A stretch of 64,000 bases of DNA from Felis catus. Its lineage: Eukaryota. The DNA lies in assembly GCF_018350175.1 (NCBI RefSeq), contig NC_058368.1:221652001-221716000 (forward strand), given 5' to 3'. Under the pieces are notes generated by a model, which worked only from the letters and a program-made list of their open reading frames with translations, ran no database searches and was not told where the DNA came from. Below, in pieces: positions 22,601-36,280 of the stretch; position 1 is the first letter of the stretch, and every line of letters begins with the position of its first letter. The position numbers and the translations under genes were made by a program.

Positions 22601-25176
22601 CTATCTCTGCATAGAAATTTGTTACTGTGTTCTTGCAAGAGCTAGAGACTGCTTTTCAAAAATCATAAACAAAAGATTCTTGCATGGGGTTGACACTTGA
22701 ATTAGACTCCTTGGAATATGTCTTCCAGTCCCAAAATTCTCTAATTCATATACCACAACTTCACATAGCTATACTATAGGAAAATGGGGGACTATGATAC
22801 AGGAAAAGCTTGGGAAGCATAATTAGTTAATTGGCTGGGTAAAGGAAAAGAGGCCAAAAGAGGATTTTGATAGCATAATCTAAGCATTGTTTTTCCTTCC
22901 TTTATGCTCTCTGGAAGCATATAAATGGATTTAAAAAATAAAAACTGTGGTAGGGTAGATTATAGGTACTTTTCCAGCAAGGATATAGAAAGGAAATTTA
23001 TAGAAAAGATATAGCAACAATATTTACAGTTTTGTTTTTCCTGCTAAATGAGTATCTCTGTTCAACTAAGTGTGACTGAACTCTGTAGGTGATGACATTC
23101 AATTTGAAATATATTGCTTTATTCCATCTTATCTTCTATGTTGACCTGAAAAGTTTCTTGAGATAAAGAATTGAACCTATGTATGATAAGAAAGTTTAGA
23201 TATCAGCACATTCATCTGTATATTCAGTAGTCTATTTAGTAAGCAGATGTAGATTTGATGGCCCATAATTCAGCATTTCTGGAAAAGAAATGATTTTAGA
23301 CCTTGAGAAGCAAGGTTCACCTGAAAGTACTCTAAATAGAATTCTCGTTTTTCCTGAAAGTAATCCTGTAACATAAATTCATTCACTGGCTCTTAGATGC
23401 CTTTTAGAGATCCTGTACTCTGAAATTCTATGGTAATCTTCTGTGAAGTTTGTCTTATGAATAAGGGATAAAATGCACAAATAAATACTTCTGAACTATT
23501 TTCAGTTTGCTGATAATATTTCCTCAGAGACTTGTATAAGCCATTTCAGAACTATGGGCAGGTGATGCTAAATGCAGTAAATAATCAGTGCTTACTCCGA
23601 GATCAGAGATCAGAGAGATTTTCTCTTTTATTCGATCAAGCTGCCAATTTTGGGTGCATGAAATTACTCTAACCAGTTTGGCATTTACACATTGCTTCAA
23701 AAGACTCTTGCATTTTTCCCTTTGTGATTAGAAACAATTGGAGACTTTTCCGTGAGTTGGTAGTCTAAGGAAATGCAGGTAAGTGGGCATTTTATAATTA
23801 GCAGATGGCAAGGGAAGGAAAGCCAGAAGTTTTGCACAGGGAAAAGCTTTGAATGTGTTTCCTTGTCACTTCTTAATGGCCCAAGGTTTCTGAGATGGAT
23901 TTTATTCATTATGAGGTCAACAGAATGCACAAATAACCAAACTTCAGTTCATATTTCACAGAGGGAAATTAATAGTGGCAGACTTTTTCCCTAATCATAC
24001 CTAAAAGAGAGAAGGGAAGTGGCATCACTGAGGTATGAGAGAATAGAAAGGAATGTCTTTCTTTTTCATCTGACTTTGGGACTGACCCCAGCACACTTTG
24101 CTGTGAATTGCAGAGGCCGCTTTAATTCAAAAAGGAGCTTCACAGATGAGGTGGTGATGGTCTCTCACACTTGCTTTTGCAAAGCCTCATACAGTTTTGA
24201 GTCCCACGGTAGCAAAAACCAGAGTCCCACTATAGCAAATAAAAGAAGACAAAGAAGAAAATTACTTTAAGAGGAGCTAAATTAAAGTTTAAAAAAAAAT
24301 AGAGAGACAGAGAGAGCAAGCCACTTCCTCATAGGAATAAAGTAAACAGATTAGTTTTAGGACCAGATGGGAAAGATGCGGGATCATTTTTGCTAAACTT
24401 ATCCTTACGTTATCACTAGTATATGGATAATGCTAACCGTATATAGATTTATCTCATTTATGAGTTTAAAGTTTAAAAGAGGATTTAGAATAGTAGCATT
24501 CAAAGCCATATAATTGTGTACTTCTAAAATGTAGGGTAACGTGCCTTGTGCCTTCTTGAATTTCTTTTCTTGATTCTCACATTTCCTAAGAATAAAGTCC
24601 TCAACAAATTCTGTTGATCAACTTTATGTCCCTCAAGGACAGACATAGACGAGAGATGACAATTTTAATGTTTCAGAGGAAAAGGGTTTTCTATATGTAA
24701 CTGCTTCCGAAAATGTGAGCAGCAGATGTAGAATTAGGGAAAATCTGCAATTTGCAAGCATCTGGTACAGGGGAGGTTTTCCTTTGCTGAAGCAAATTTG
24801 ACTAAACATTCATGATACTCTTTCTTTGCCTCACTACTATTCCTGTTTTATCCAGTCACTTCCTACATGCTTTTGGATTGTGGGAGGCTCAGAAACATGA
24901 GATGAAATTATAGGAGCGAATGCAGCACGCAACTTCAAACTTGGGAGGATGCCATTCAAGATGGCACATTGTTTCCCTGAATGGCTTCTTGGGCGAGTCG
25001 CAAAGAGGCTACCTCGACTTTGGTGATTATTAGGATAATTCCAGAGTCACTGAAAGTAACCCATGCTCTTCTAAGTCTCCCAAGATTTTCTGATGGAATT
25101 AAGCTATCTGATTTTGAAGGCGAGCCACTCTTTTTTTTTTTTTTTTTTCTTCAGTTAAAACCTTTCTATTTATTCG

Positions 25177-25431
25177 GGGGCTGCTGGGTGGCTCTGTCGG
25201 TTAAGCATCCAACTCTTGATTTCAGCTCAGGTCATGATCTCACCGTTCCTGAGTCAGAGCCCTTCATTGGACCCCGTGGCGGCAGCGTGGAGCCTGTGTG
25301 GGATTCTCACTCTCTCCTTCTCTCTCTGTTCCCCCCCTGCTCTCTCTCTCTCTCTCTCTGTCTCAAAAAGAGAACCCCCCAAAAACAAAAAACAAAAACA
25401 AACCAATAAGCCCTTAAAAAAGCATTACAAT
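25177..25431 (+). mobile_element. CAN-SINE with a heterogeneous tail
   Basis: ggggctgctgggtggctctgtcggttaagcatcc head; TSD ctttctatttatt at 25162-25174 and 25432-25444. Confidence 0.95.
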
Positions 25432-25469
25432 CTTTCTATTTATTGCAATTGATAACATTTTTTTTTATA

Positions 25470-25625
25470 TGTTCACTAGCACGTACATCCCACCAGGGTT
25501 GGGGCATTTGTCGGATTTTTTTTAATCACTGATGCATTGCAAATGCCTAACACAATGCTCGAGCATTGTTAACCTCAATAAATATTTGTTAGATGAATGG
25601 ATGAATAGGTGAATGAATGAATGTA
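25470..25625 (+). mobile_element. L2 3' end relic
   Basis: tgcctaacacaatgc..ctcaataaatatttgttagatgaatggatgaataggtgaatgaatgaat. Confidence 0.7.
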
Positions 25626-26128
25626 TTATACAATATCCTGAACATTTTCCAGTTGGAGTTAGATATATACATGTATCCATAATTACATGTTTTAAATAAT
25701 GTATATCATAATAGCGCTGAAAGGAAAATGAGAAACAAAGTAATATAAATAAAACATGTTCAGTATTTTTTAATTTACTTCTTAAAAAATGGGTATGAGG
25801 ATATTTGCTTGAATGTCATCATTGAGAGCAACACATGGTGGTAGATACAGAAATCTTTTTCTCCTGAAATATTCGAAGCAAAGACATTCACAAGCCCTAA
25901 CGTTGTAACTCTGACCAGCGCTGACAATGAGAATTTTTGTTATTGCGTGCTTCTCATCTGACAGGCTTATCGTGATATTTAAATAGTAAATATAATATTA
26001 GTTAAAATTTTAATGATCCCAAATGATTCTACGCAGACAGTGTTAACTGTTAGAATTAATAAACTATATGTTTATCAGTCTGTTTTTCTGTGACTCCAGT
26101 CCATCTATAGTTGCTTCTGCGAAGAAAG

Positions 26129-26161
26129 TAGTGACATCTAGTGGTAACAGTAAATACTGCA
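26129..26161 (-). promoter_or_regulatory. Predicted CTCF binding site (core plus upstream TGCAGT motif)
   Basis: The minus strand reads TGCAGTATTTACTGTTA-CCACTAGATGTCACTA. The core matches CCASYAGRKGGCRS with one tolerated G>T change. Confidence 0.7.
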
Positions 26162-28301
26162 AATGGCTAAGGTTGAGGGCAAGGGGAAACCCAGGACTTT
26201 GCTAAGTGAAGCAAAGAATTTGCATGAAAGAAAGGAGAAAATAGGCAATTTAGGAGATAATGGTGCACATCATTAACATACTTGTTTTGCGTCCAATAAG
26301 AGACATTTTAGATTGTCAAATTGTAAAAAAAAAAAAAAAAAACAAAACACAAAAAACAAAAACAAAAAACTCAAAGAATAAGCTTATCACTAAATCACCC
26401 ACTTGAATCTGTGTTTTGTAAGGGATATTTTGTAATCCAATAAATCCTCTGAGTAAACATGGTCACACATTTCAGTATAAGCCATAGCAAGAAAAAAGTT
26501 AAAACGGAAAAATAGCTCAGTTGTGTTCAAAATTATCTTCTGGGGAAATTAAGCCCACTTAAAATAAAGTCATTCCTACACTGGAAAGAAAATAAAGCAG
26601 CAATATTTTTCTTTTTGATTTGTAAATATATTGGATTTTAGTTTTTCAATTGAATAGAAATCTTGTAAATAAAAATTACATTAATGCACTTATTATCAAC
26701 GTATCTCTTTGAAGTAGTTATATTGATTTAATGGTATTTTGGGGGCTTTGAAATTTAACAGGAGCAAACAGGTAATGCTTGCATTACTGATGGGCAATAG
26801 TGAACATTTTTATTTTTCAAGCATCTAACTTACATGTATCTGTGTCCATGTGGCTTTGTAAACCTGAGAAGTATATAGACTGTATGATAGAGATACTGAT
26901 AATCAATAATGAAATAACCAAAATTAATTTTTTAAAAAAGTTCTGATTTGGATAGTTATGTAAATTCCATTTGATTTAAGATAAATGACAATATGATGAC
27001 ATAATTTATGCCAAAAATGTTTTCAAATGCTTTGTTAAGAATAGGAAACGAAAAAAAAATAAAGTTTTCTAGTGTGTTGTGATTAACAGCGGATTAAGTT
27101 TTGTAAATGGCAATTTTCTAAGTGTTTATTAGAGGACATGAAACATTTGAAGACCTCCTTTAAATAGCATTGTCCGTGTATCTATTTTCATAATATATAT
27201 GAAATATCTTAAAGATATTAAAAGAATATTTTCAATTAAAGGACAAATTCATGACTTTCATGGGGAGCTGAAATGAACAAGTGTTAGAGATTTTATTTAT
27301 CTCCTTATTGAAGAGAGAACCAGTAAGATGTTACAGCCACTATTATCAAAGAAGCATACATTTATATGCAGCTAAGTATGTAAAAATGAATTTGAAAATC
27401 AGGTTTATCCACAGGGCAGTAATCGATTACACTCCAGCAGCCATAAGTAATTTGTATTTATACGGACAAGAAATATTTGCAATCCTGTTTTCTCTAAACT
27501 AACTTCTACTTTTAACAGAGTTGTTTAAAATGGCCTAGCCAAAGGTAAAGCATGTATACCCTATAAGATCAGATAATCCCTGAGGACCTCAGCATTTCAT
27601 TGAAAGGTCATTCATTCAGTAATCTATTTTGCCTATTCTAAAGCCTAAATGTGTTACTTGAGAAATAAAATTAATAGGTTTATGACATACAAAATTAAGG
27701 ATATTTAATAGTTTTTACTTGGGAAAAACTGAATTACTGAAAAAGTAATTTCAGTGTAGAGGTCTAAAAGTAACTATACCTGGGGACGCTAGAAAGCGTT
27801 AAGAATATAATAGGAGCATCTTGAAATTGTCAAAGAAAGATTCAACAGTTTTGCATGATGTCCACTTCAGAACTGCAGTAGCTTGCAACTAAGACTAGCC
27901 AAAGTGTATCTCAATGTATATGTTCCCACTTTATGAGGGAAAACGGAAAACCATCTCCTAGCTTCTAATGTGAAGATCCTTGCACTGATTCAGGCAGTAA
28001 TAATGCAAGTATTAACTACAGTCAAAGCACATCAGCTATGGAATACACAATAAAATAAAAATTAGAACAGAAATATTAGTACAAGATATCTTTCTGAATA
28101 TATGCCAAAATTTGAAATATGACTGTCTCTTTTTTTATTTTCTAAAACTAGTCTCCAGACATGAAAAGGTAGAACTTTAACAACCCTTTTCCTTTTTTTG
28201 TTATGATTGAAAGAGTGGGTTTCCATTATAATGGCTTTAGAACATTTTATTCATTGTTTTGGAGTTTGTTTCAGTTAAAAATTTTAACTATTACAGCCAT
28301 T

Positions 28302-28499
28302 GGGGTGCCTGGGTGACTCAGTCAGTTAAGTGTCCGACTTCAGCTCAGGTGATAATCTCACGGTTTGGTTCATGACTTTGAGCCCCACATCCAGCTCTCT
28401 GCTGTCAGTGCAGGGCCTGCTTTCAAACATGTCCCCCTCTCTCTCTCTGCCCCTCCCCTGCTTGCGTTCTGTCTCTCAAAAAAAAAATTATAATAAAAT
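28302..28499 (+). mobile_element. CAN-SINE
   Basis: ggggtgcctgggtgactcagtcagttaagtgtccgact head; degenerate TSD tatt(a/g)cagc. Confidence 0.93.
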
Positions 28500-28799
28500 A
28501 TTGCAGCTGCATCAAGGACCAAAATAAATCTTCTATCAATCTAACATTTATTGTTTGCTTATTCTTTCCTCACTTTTGGTAATTAAGGTTGGCCTAAGCA
28601 GACAGTTTAGGTCTTATGATAAAAATATATATGTCTTATGAAATATTCTACTCAAATACAGGTGAGCCAGGATTTTGATCCTCCTAGTTAGAAATAATCT
28701 CCTTCCCAAATTCTACAACTCCTAAATATTTCTCCTAAAACATACCACTTTTCATCTTATTTTTTTTTATTTTCTCCATGGCCAACATGCAAGCTGTTT

Positions 28800-29050
28800 G
28801 GGGCAGCTTGGCCTTGTTGGAAGGAAGTCCATGTGGGTTATACACTTACACAAATGTGTGTTTCAGTTTTGTTTTGGCTTTTACAAGTTCTAAAACCTTG
28901 AGCGAAATACATAATCTCTCCCAATAACAGCTTCTCATATAGAAGATGTGAGTAAAATATCTTTATCCTAGTAGCTCAAAAGAATTAGATGAGACAATAT
29001 TTTCAAGCAAACTTATACACTGGTTTTAAATAGTAGGTGCTAAAAAACTG
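28800..29050 (+). mobile_element. MIR relic
   Basis: accttgagcgaaatacataatctctc..cagcttctcatatagaagatg..agaattagatgagacaat resembles the MIR core. Confidence 0.55.
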
Positions 29051-29281
29051 CCTTTTCTTTTTCACAGTTTAATGTGGGTTTGAACATAGTAGGTACTCAA
29101 TAGATATTTATTGAATAACCACTGTCCCCCAGTACTGTACAAAACAAATTCAAATCTCTCTATTTTTCATTTGGTATTTCATTTGGTATTTGATTTTACC
29201 ATGTCTTTTAAGTGAGTCCAAGAATTGATTATAATGGTTGAGCTATTCGAGCCTTATTGGGCAAATTTAAATGGCGGCTTG

Positions 29282-29401
29282 TTTTTCTTTTCTCTTTTCT
29301 TTTTTTCTTTTCTTTCTCTTCTCTTTTCTTTTCTTTTCTCTTTTCTTTTTTCCCTTTCCTTTCCTTTCCTTTCCTTTCCTTTCCTTTCCTTTTTTTTCCT
29401 C
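29282..29401. repeat. 120-nt pure polypyrimidine compound microsatellite, (CTTTT)n/(CCTTT)n
   Basis: Only C and T over the whole interval. Confidence 0.95.
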
Positions 29402-30667
29402 ATAAAATGAGACAGCATTGAGCTTGACAGTACATCTCTGTTTTGAAAAACAGGCACTACATGCTGTGCCCATGTATTTAGTAGCCTTGGGTGTTCCATC
29501 AAAGAAGAGAAGAGGAACAAATTTAGAGATTTCCAAATGAATTGTGCTGATCTTAGGTGATTTGGCTATTTAAGAGGATAGTTGATCAAGCAGATTCTGG
29601 CTTATAAAACAGAGGAAGAGAGAGTATCTTTCTTTAACAATTTACCTGCCATAAAATAATGTGTAGAATGAGAAGCTATGTAAATATGAACACTTATTTC
29701 TATTTTGAAAGCACAATCACCTTCTTTCTTAAGTTCTTCAAGCATCATATTTCAATAAAAAATAAGTACAAATTAAAGGCAAGTGTCTATTTTTATATGG
29801 ACCCACCCACCCATTTGCTTTCCTTTTTCCTTCGCCTGAAATATATTAAAAATAGCTCAGAGGTAGTTTCATTAAATGGCAATAAGGGAATAGTAAGTAT
29901 ATTCTATTAAACACCATTTCATTGCCCAGTTTCTTAAAAATATAATATTAATTATATCATTATTAAGACTTTCTAAAAATAATTATATAACTATATCTTT
30001 AAGGAAAAAAAAATAACTTCCCAAGGAACAAATGAGTTTTGCATGTATAAATTACATTTACAGAAGAAAAAATTTAAAACCTAAATAATTTATCTTTCAT
30101 TCCTTAGTGACACAGAAAAACTAAGTATCTTAGAAACACTACTTTAAATAATTTTATCTTTCTAACCACATTGGAATGAGCCTTAAGGTTTTTTTCTAAA
30201 AGTCTGAGATAATTTTCAAATAAATTAGAAGCTTAATATTAAGATCAAGCTTACATATCAGTTTCTATGTGTCAAGGACACCCACATGTCAGTAGGTTCT
30301 CATTCTTATGTGATGACTATGGAAAGAACTGTTAATTATGGAGGAAATGAAAACATGAGATACGTAGAATATCTAAAATGGTATGAAAATGGAAATAAAT
30401 GTATACGTTAAACCATTAGTGTTATCAAAACTTTATCCATTTGCAGCTAAATTCTCCAAATTTCCTTTCTCTGAGTTTTCAGGAAATGTCAGAAGAATGA
30501 TCTATGTGCCTCTTCTGGGAAAGAGACTTTCAAGAAGTTCACATAGTAGTGAAACTAAACGAAATTTGAGGGGCATTGTTCACTGCCAATGTTTCAGCAA
30601 CAAAAAATTGTGTGCAGAATTAAAACATGCATTTAAAATCCTACTTCTGCTTGTGTAGCCTATTTTA

Positions 30668-30889
30668 ATAAGCTTGTTTTGCTTTTAATATTTATTTGTT
30701 TTGAGAGAGAGTATGTGCATGTGTGCAAGCAGGGGAGGGGCAAAGAGAGAGGGAGAGAGAGGATCCCAAGCAGGCTCTGTGCTGTCAGTGCAGAGCCCAA
30801 CACGGGGCTCTATCTCATGAACTGTGAGATCGTGACCTGAGCCGAGATCAAGAGTCAGAGGCTTAACAACTGAGCCATCTAAGCGCCCC
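30668..30889 (-). mobile_element. CAN-SINE
   Basis: Reverse head ...ctgagccatctaagcgcccc; TSD tagcctatttta at 30656-30667 and 30894-30905. Confidence 0.95.
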
Positions 30890-31214
30890 AAGATAGCCTA
30901 TTTTACCATTAATCAGGTTTCTCTAGAAAATATTTCACACATATTAATCAGAAGACAAGTGACACAGTTTCTATACTTTGAAACAATAGGTTCCTAGTGT
31001 TGGGTAAGTTGGGTCATTTTTTGATCAAAAAGGGACAAAGTTGTATGTCATATATAATGTCTCAACATAACATAAGTATTTTCCCTCCCAGTCTTGGTTT
31101 CCTAAGATGACAGACTCTGTCATTTCCTCTTTATAAACTGTCCACATTGAAGTGTCTTCTGACATGAGAAAACGAAGATAGAATCACTAACACTTTTGCT
31201 TTCTTCTCTAATGG

Positions 31215-32560
31215 AGTATTTATTGCACATCTTATAGATACAGCATACTCTGAAAGGAGATCAAATATTTGTATCTAATAAAGATGGAAGGGATGAGAGT
31301 GTTAATGGTTAGACAGGAATAATGGGTGATGTAGCTGAGAATCAGGCAACACTGTACAAAAAAACAGAGAAGAGTCAATTGTATCTATTAGAATTCTACA
31401 GAGATGCATACCAATGAGATATAGGCATCCTATATTTCATATATTTCATATATGTATATGTATGGAATCTCTGTATCTATCTATCTATGTATCTATCTAT
31501 CTATCTATCATCTATAGAGATGCATTTTAAGGACTTGGTTCACATGATTGTGGGGTTGACAAATCTAAAATCTATATAGTAGGTCAGCGATTGGTGACTC
31601 AGACAGGAGTTGTGGCAAAACTCAGGCAGGATTTCTTTTTCTCCAGGAAACCTCAGTTTTTGTGTTAAGGCCTTCATCTGATTGGATGAGACACACTCAT
31701 GTATTGAGGGAAATCTCCTTTACTTGAAGTCAGTTGATTAAATGTATTAACTAAATCTACAAACTTTCTTTATAGCAACACCTACATTAATGTTTGATGT
31801 GTAACCAGATACCGTGGTCTAGCCAAATACAGAGATAACATTAACCATCATGCTAACTAATTCCAAGTCAGGAGGATTGTGAGAGTGTTTTTGTTTAAAG
31901 ACTAAGTAATATTTGAACTGTATGATTAGTAGAATAAAGAAAACATGTGTGAAATAAGGCAAGGCAGATTATGCTTTGTTAGAGATCAGTAGACAAATGT
32001 GGAAGGGATACTTGTGTATGAATCATAGGATCAATACAGGAAAGGTACGGTAATTCAGCCTGGTAAGGACTTGAAAAGTAATTTTTCCCAAAGGCAACTA
32101 GTAGCCATGAGAGGTTTTCAGCAAAAAGTATCATAATTAGATATGTCCTTTGGGAAGATGAAACTCATCTTCTTATTTTATAGCACAGATTGAACAAAAG
32201 ACTAAAAATTAATAGGGCTTGGGGTTAAAGGTTACTTTTTACATTCTGAATGAAAGAAAATGTTTAACAGAATAATTAATGGTAAATAGCAGTGTAGAGA
32301 GAAGATGGTTAATATAAAAACAAAAACAAAAAACTGAGGGAATTGAACTACCAAGATCTGACTAGTTAAATGAGAAAGGCAAAGATAATTACTGAGATTT
32401 TTGAAAGAAGCAAAATGAATTTTCCTTATCCTGACCTGAGTTTGGACCCACTTGAGATGGAGGAAGGAAAGCATTTGGAGACCAAAATACCACATCTATT
32501 CCCAATAGGACTGGTATTGAAGAATGTAGGTTATAATCTGCAGAGAGGGAGTTTTTCAAA
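31215..32560 (-). mobile_element. L2 relic, antisense, split by an MLT2 LTR
   Basis: Begins tatttattgcacatcttatag (reverse L2 3' end) and resumes after 31851 as purine-rich L2-like sequence (gaggttttcagcaaaaagtatcataattagat). Confidence 0.55.
31380..31851 (-). mobile_element. MLT2 (ERVL) solo LTR with an internal (TCTA)n
   Basis: ttttaaggacttggttcacatgattgtgggg..aaggccttcatctgattggatgagacacactc..aaatctcctttacttgaagtc..ttaaccatca is typical MLT2 in reverse. Confidence 0.85.
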
Positions 32561-32882
32561 TACGAAATCCTAGATTTAGACAGATTTAGCCATTAGCAGT
32601 GGTAGACTGGGTCAGAACCTCTGCCATTATCCCTTCCTTCCCAGTATACTAAGCTGATCAGTGGAACAGTAATCATTTTCCTTACTTGGGTTGGAGGATT
32701 GAGCAAAGGTACAGGGTATGGAGTGAGGTCACTGCAGGAAATGTCAAGAGCAGGAAAGGTATGTTACACTCCATTCACCCCCTCCTGTGATAGTCTTTTC
32801 ATAGCATGAATATTTCCAGGGGGTGTCATAGAATGAAATGTTTCATTCTTTGTATTTTTACATTTTACTTCCATCATATCCA

Positions 32883-32884
<2 letters not shown>

Positions 32885-32925
<41 letters not shown>
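32885..32925. repeat. (TG)n microsatellite
   Basis: About 20 perfect units. Confidence 0.95.
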
Positions 32926-32927
<2 letters not shown>

Positions 32928-34625
32928 CGGTGGGAAGAAGTTGCTAAAATAAGTTAGAAAAGGAAAAGCAAAAATAAAGGACCCAAGGGGTTGGAGAGAA
33001 TTAATAAGACTTTAGTACTTTTAATTAGCAAAAATATATACATTTTAACTATAAAGTATATTCTGTACTACGTCTGAAAAGATTGTCTCCATGACACCAA
33101 TGAATATAACCCCAATTCATACCTGCACATTGCTCTATTCATCTATCCATTCAATAAGTATTTTTGAACATCTATTAGTGCCAGGTATGTGTGATCCGGG
33201 CCTTAAGAGAAATACTACTATCGTTGCTATTACAGGATACATGGAGACATATTACAAATTTTAAGAGTTGATTTGAGCAAAAATTGATTGGCATTGGGCA
33301 GCATCAGACCTGAAGGGTTTGAACCGACAGGAGCTGGGAGACACTTTTACACAGAAGAGGTGGAAGCAAAGTAAAGAAATTACTGATTGCCTATACTTTA
33401 AAGCCTCATTGGCTGTTTGTGAATGGTTATCCTTAGGCCTGTACATGCTGAGATGTTGGTTTGTTCACTTAGGCGTCCATGGCCCTGGTACAACATCAAT
33501 CAGTTGGCCTCCTCGTTTAATTATTTTAACACTGATCATAATAATGATAATAAACACGAACAGTAATCATGATGATTATGTTGGTGTTCTGCAGGCAAGG
33601 GGTTCACAGTGCTGTGTGATGGGCAAGTCTTACACCTCAATAAATGTAATAATCTTTGTCTCCTATATGGTTAGCACAGTATCTGACAATTAGGAACTTA
33701 CGTTTGAATGAGTTGGACTCAGAAAGAGCAAAATTTGTGGAATAGTTTATTTTTTCTACTTCACTGTCTTCAAACAAACTCCACTGAAACATTCTTCTTT
33801 CCTTTGGATTAGAACTTGAATATGAAATGAGTCCCATTTGTGGTTTTTCCAAAAAGTCCAGTTGTCAAAAGTTATTTTCATTCGATTCAAATCCTCCCAT
33901 TTCTTGCACATCAGGCCTTATTGGAAACCAGCTTTGGGAAAGTAGGAAGAATATAATTAGTTTCTTCTTTTTTCCTTGCTCTACCTAACTAACATCCTTC
34001 CTCCTTCCTTACTAACTGACACTTGTTTCTAGCCCCTCCAAAGTTGGGCCTGAAAGGGAAGGGGGGGGATTGAAGGAAAAAGGCAAAGATTCACAAGAGA
34101 GTATAACTGTAATGTTGACTGATGTTCAAAGAATGTTCAAAGAATGACTCTCCCCTGCACAGCACTTCTGTAGTTGCTAAGAGGTACCCCGGTGGGGATA
34201 ACGACTCACTTCTCCAGCCCACAAAATGCTTCATTTTGTTAGCATTTGATTTTAAGGGTTCCACTTACACAGTGTCTCTCTGTGGGGTTTTCATGGTCTT
34301 TAGGCATTTGTTTTAAATGAAATCCCTTTCAAAACAACTCAAGCATAATTCCATTTTAGAATGGCCACATCTGGCTGTTAAGATTCAGTGCCCCTGCCCT
34401 GGTTAGTAGAAAAGAGCTCCCTCCTCCTATTGTTCTCCCTTCTGTCCCTCTCATACAAGCACCCCTTTATCAGTCTTCCTTTCCTTAAAATGTTTTAGGT
34501 GTGGTCATGAGACTTCTCTAAGCCCCAGTCTCCCCAGTACGGTAGTCAAACCTTTTCTAGCTTCCCTAAGGTTTTCATTTGCCTCGAGCACCCTGGGGAG
34601 AGAAAGAGACAAGCTGGAACACTTC

Positions 34626-34785
34626 ACAGATTGTCTCTCTAACCTGGCTGCACACTGGAGTCATCTGAGGGCCTTAAAAGCCGCCAATGCCTGTGTTCCA
34701 CCCTACAGATTGGGCTGTAATGTTTCAAGTATGGCCCGAGCATCTTTAACGATCCTACTGTGTAGTCAAGGTTGACAAAGCTTCT
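34626..34785. mobile_element. MER5-like hAT-Charlie MITE relic
   Basis: ctctctaacctggctgcacactggagtcatctgagggccttaaaa...tactgtgtagtcaaggttga, with degenerate terminal inverted repeats. Confidence 0.65.
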
Positions 34786-36061
34786 CTAAAGTCACCCTTC
34801 CTACTGACATTCTCTAGAATGTTTTGTCTTTAGATAACCTGGGGGTGGCTAATGGTCTACAAGTGGCAGATGGGTTTGGGATTACCCTTTGGGCCAACTT
34901 CCCATAAGTGGTGGCAGATCTTTACAAATAGCAAGAGCTTGACAACTTTTACCCTCAGCATTGGGACCTTCATCAAAATTCTGAGGAAAGCAGGAGTTCC
35001 ACTTAAAATCCTGGTGTGTAAATGTTTGTAGAAGTGACCTGAGTGATGCAGAGATGATGGATAAGATTGAGAGTTGTGTCAGTCCCTAGGAAAAAGATGA
35101 GGCTAACAATTTTCCGGTCCATTTCCTTTCAGTATCTCATTTTGGTTTTGCTCCAAATCATACTATGTCTCTGGTTTTAAATAGCATATCCACCTTACCT
35201 ACCATTTACTGAGATCAAACAGTATCATAACTGACCATCTTAAAATGACACAGCTTGATTCTCGATTTTTTCTTCTTGGAATATTTAGCAACTGATAATT
35301 TTTTGTAAATCTATTTTTAGAAATAGTGCCACTCTGTCTGCTTCTCTCCCTCCCTCTGATTTTTACAATGAGAACTGCACAAAAACTCTGCAAACGAATT
35401 TCTCTTTATAGGTCTCAGAGTTTTGTTAGGCAATGGGTTTTTGTAATCAGGATATTTAAAATAGTTTAGTTCATGTAATATAACAATATTGTCCAGAGAA
35501 GTTACAAATTTTTCCAGGTGGAAAAAAAAAGAACAAGCTTGTTGAGATTGAATTAAGCTTGACAATAAAGTGAAACATGAAGTTTAGAACACATCCATCG
35601 GGCTCCTAGAACGCAGTGCCTCTACCTGGTGGTTAGTGGACATAGAATTCCTTCCTATTTCAGTTCTTTCTTCAGTCCCTCTCACATCAGGTCCCCTTTT
35701 TTGATCTTGGATTTTGATTTTGGATTTTGTTCTTTAATTTTTCAGGTGTGGATCAAGTGGTATCTCTGAGCCCCAAAAGGCACATGACAATGAATATTTG
35801 AATAGTTACATAAAGAACTTTATATAAAATAATTTTGCTTCTATTTTCAAACTGAGATGTTGTGAACAAAAGAACAAAAGCTTATATGTTTCCTCTCAAG
35901 AAATACAATTGCAGATGACTGTTTCCTATGTAGCTAGAACAAACTATGCAAAGTTAAAATGTCATTCAACCTTAGATCGTATTTTAAAATTATATTTTAC
36001 TAATTTTCATAAGGAACCTCTCCAATAAGAGCATAAGCTCTGGATGACTTCAACCATTTTT

Positions 36062-36280
36062 TTAAAAATTATTTCTATGTGTATTTATTTATTTCTTGAG
36101 AGGCGGAGGGGCAGAGAGGGAGGGAAACAGGGGAGGAGGGAAGGAGGGAGAGAATCCCAAGTACACTCCCTGTTGTCAGTGCAGAGCCCAGTGTGGGGCT
36201 CAAGTTCACGAACTGTGAGATCATGATCTGAGCCGAAATCAAGAATAGGATGCTTAACAAACTGAGCCACACAGGTGCCC
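36062..36280 (-). mobile_element. CAN-SINE
   Basis: Reverse head ...ctgagccacacaggtgccc; TSD caaccattttt at 36051-36061 and 36287-36297. Confidence 0.95.

Noticed and set aside
29646..29835. Minus-strand 190-nt segment between ttttaatatatttcAG and cag|GTAAAT
   Set aside because: Stops in all frames, a weak pyrimidine tract and no other support.
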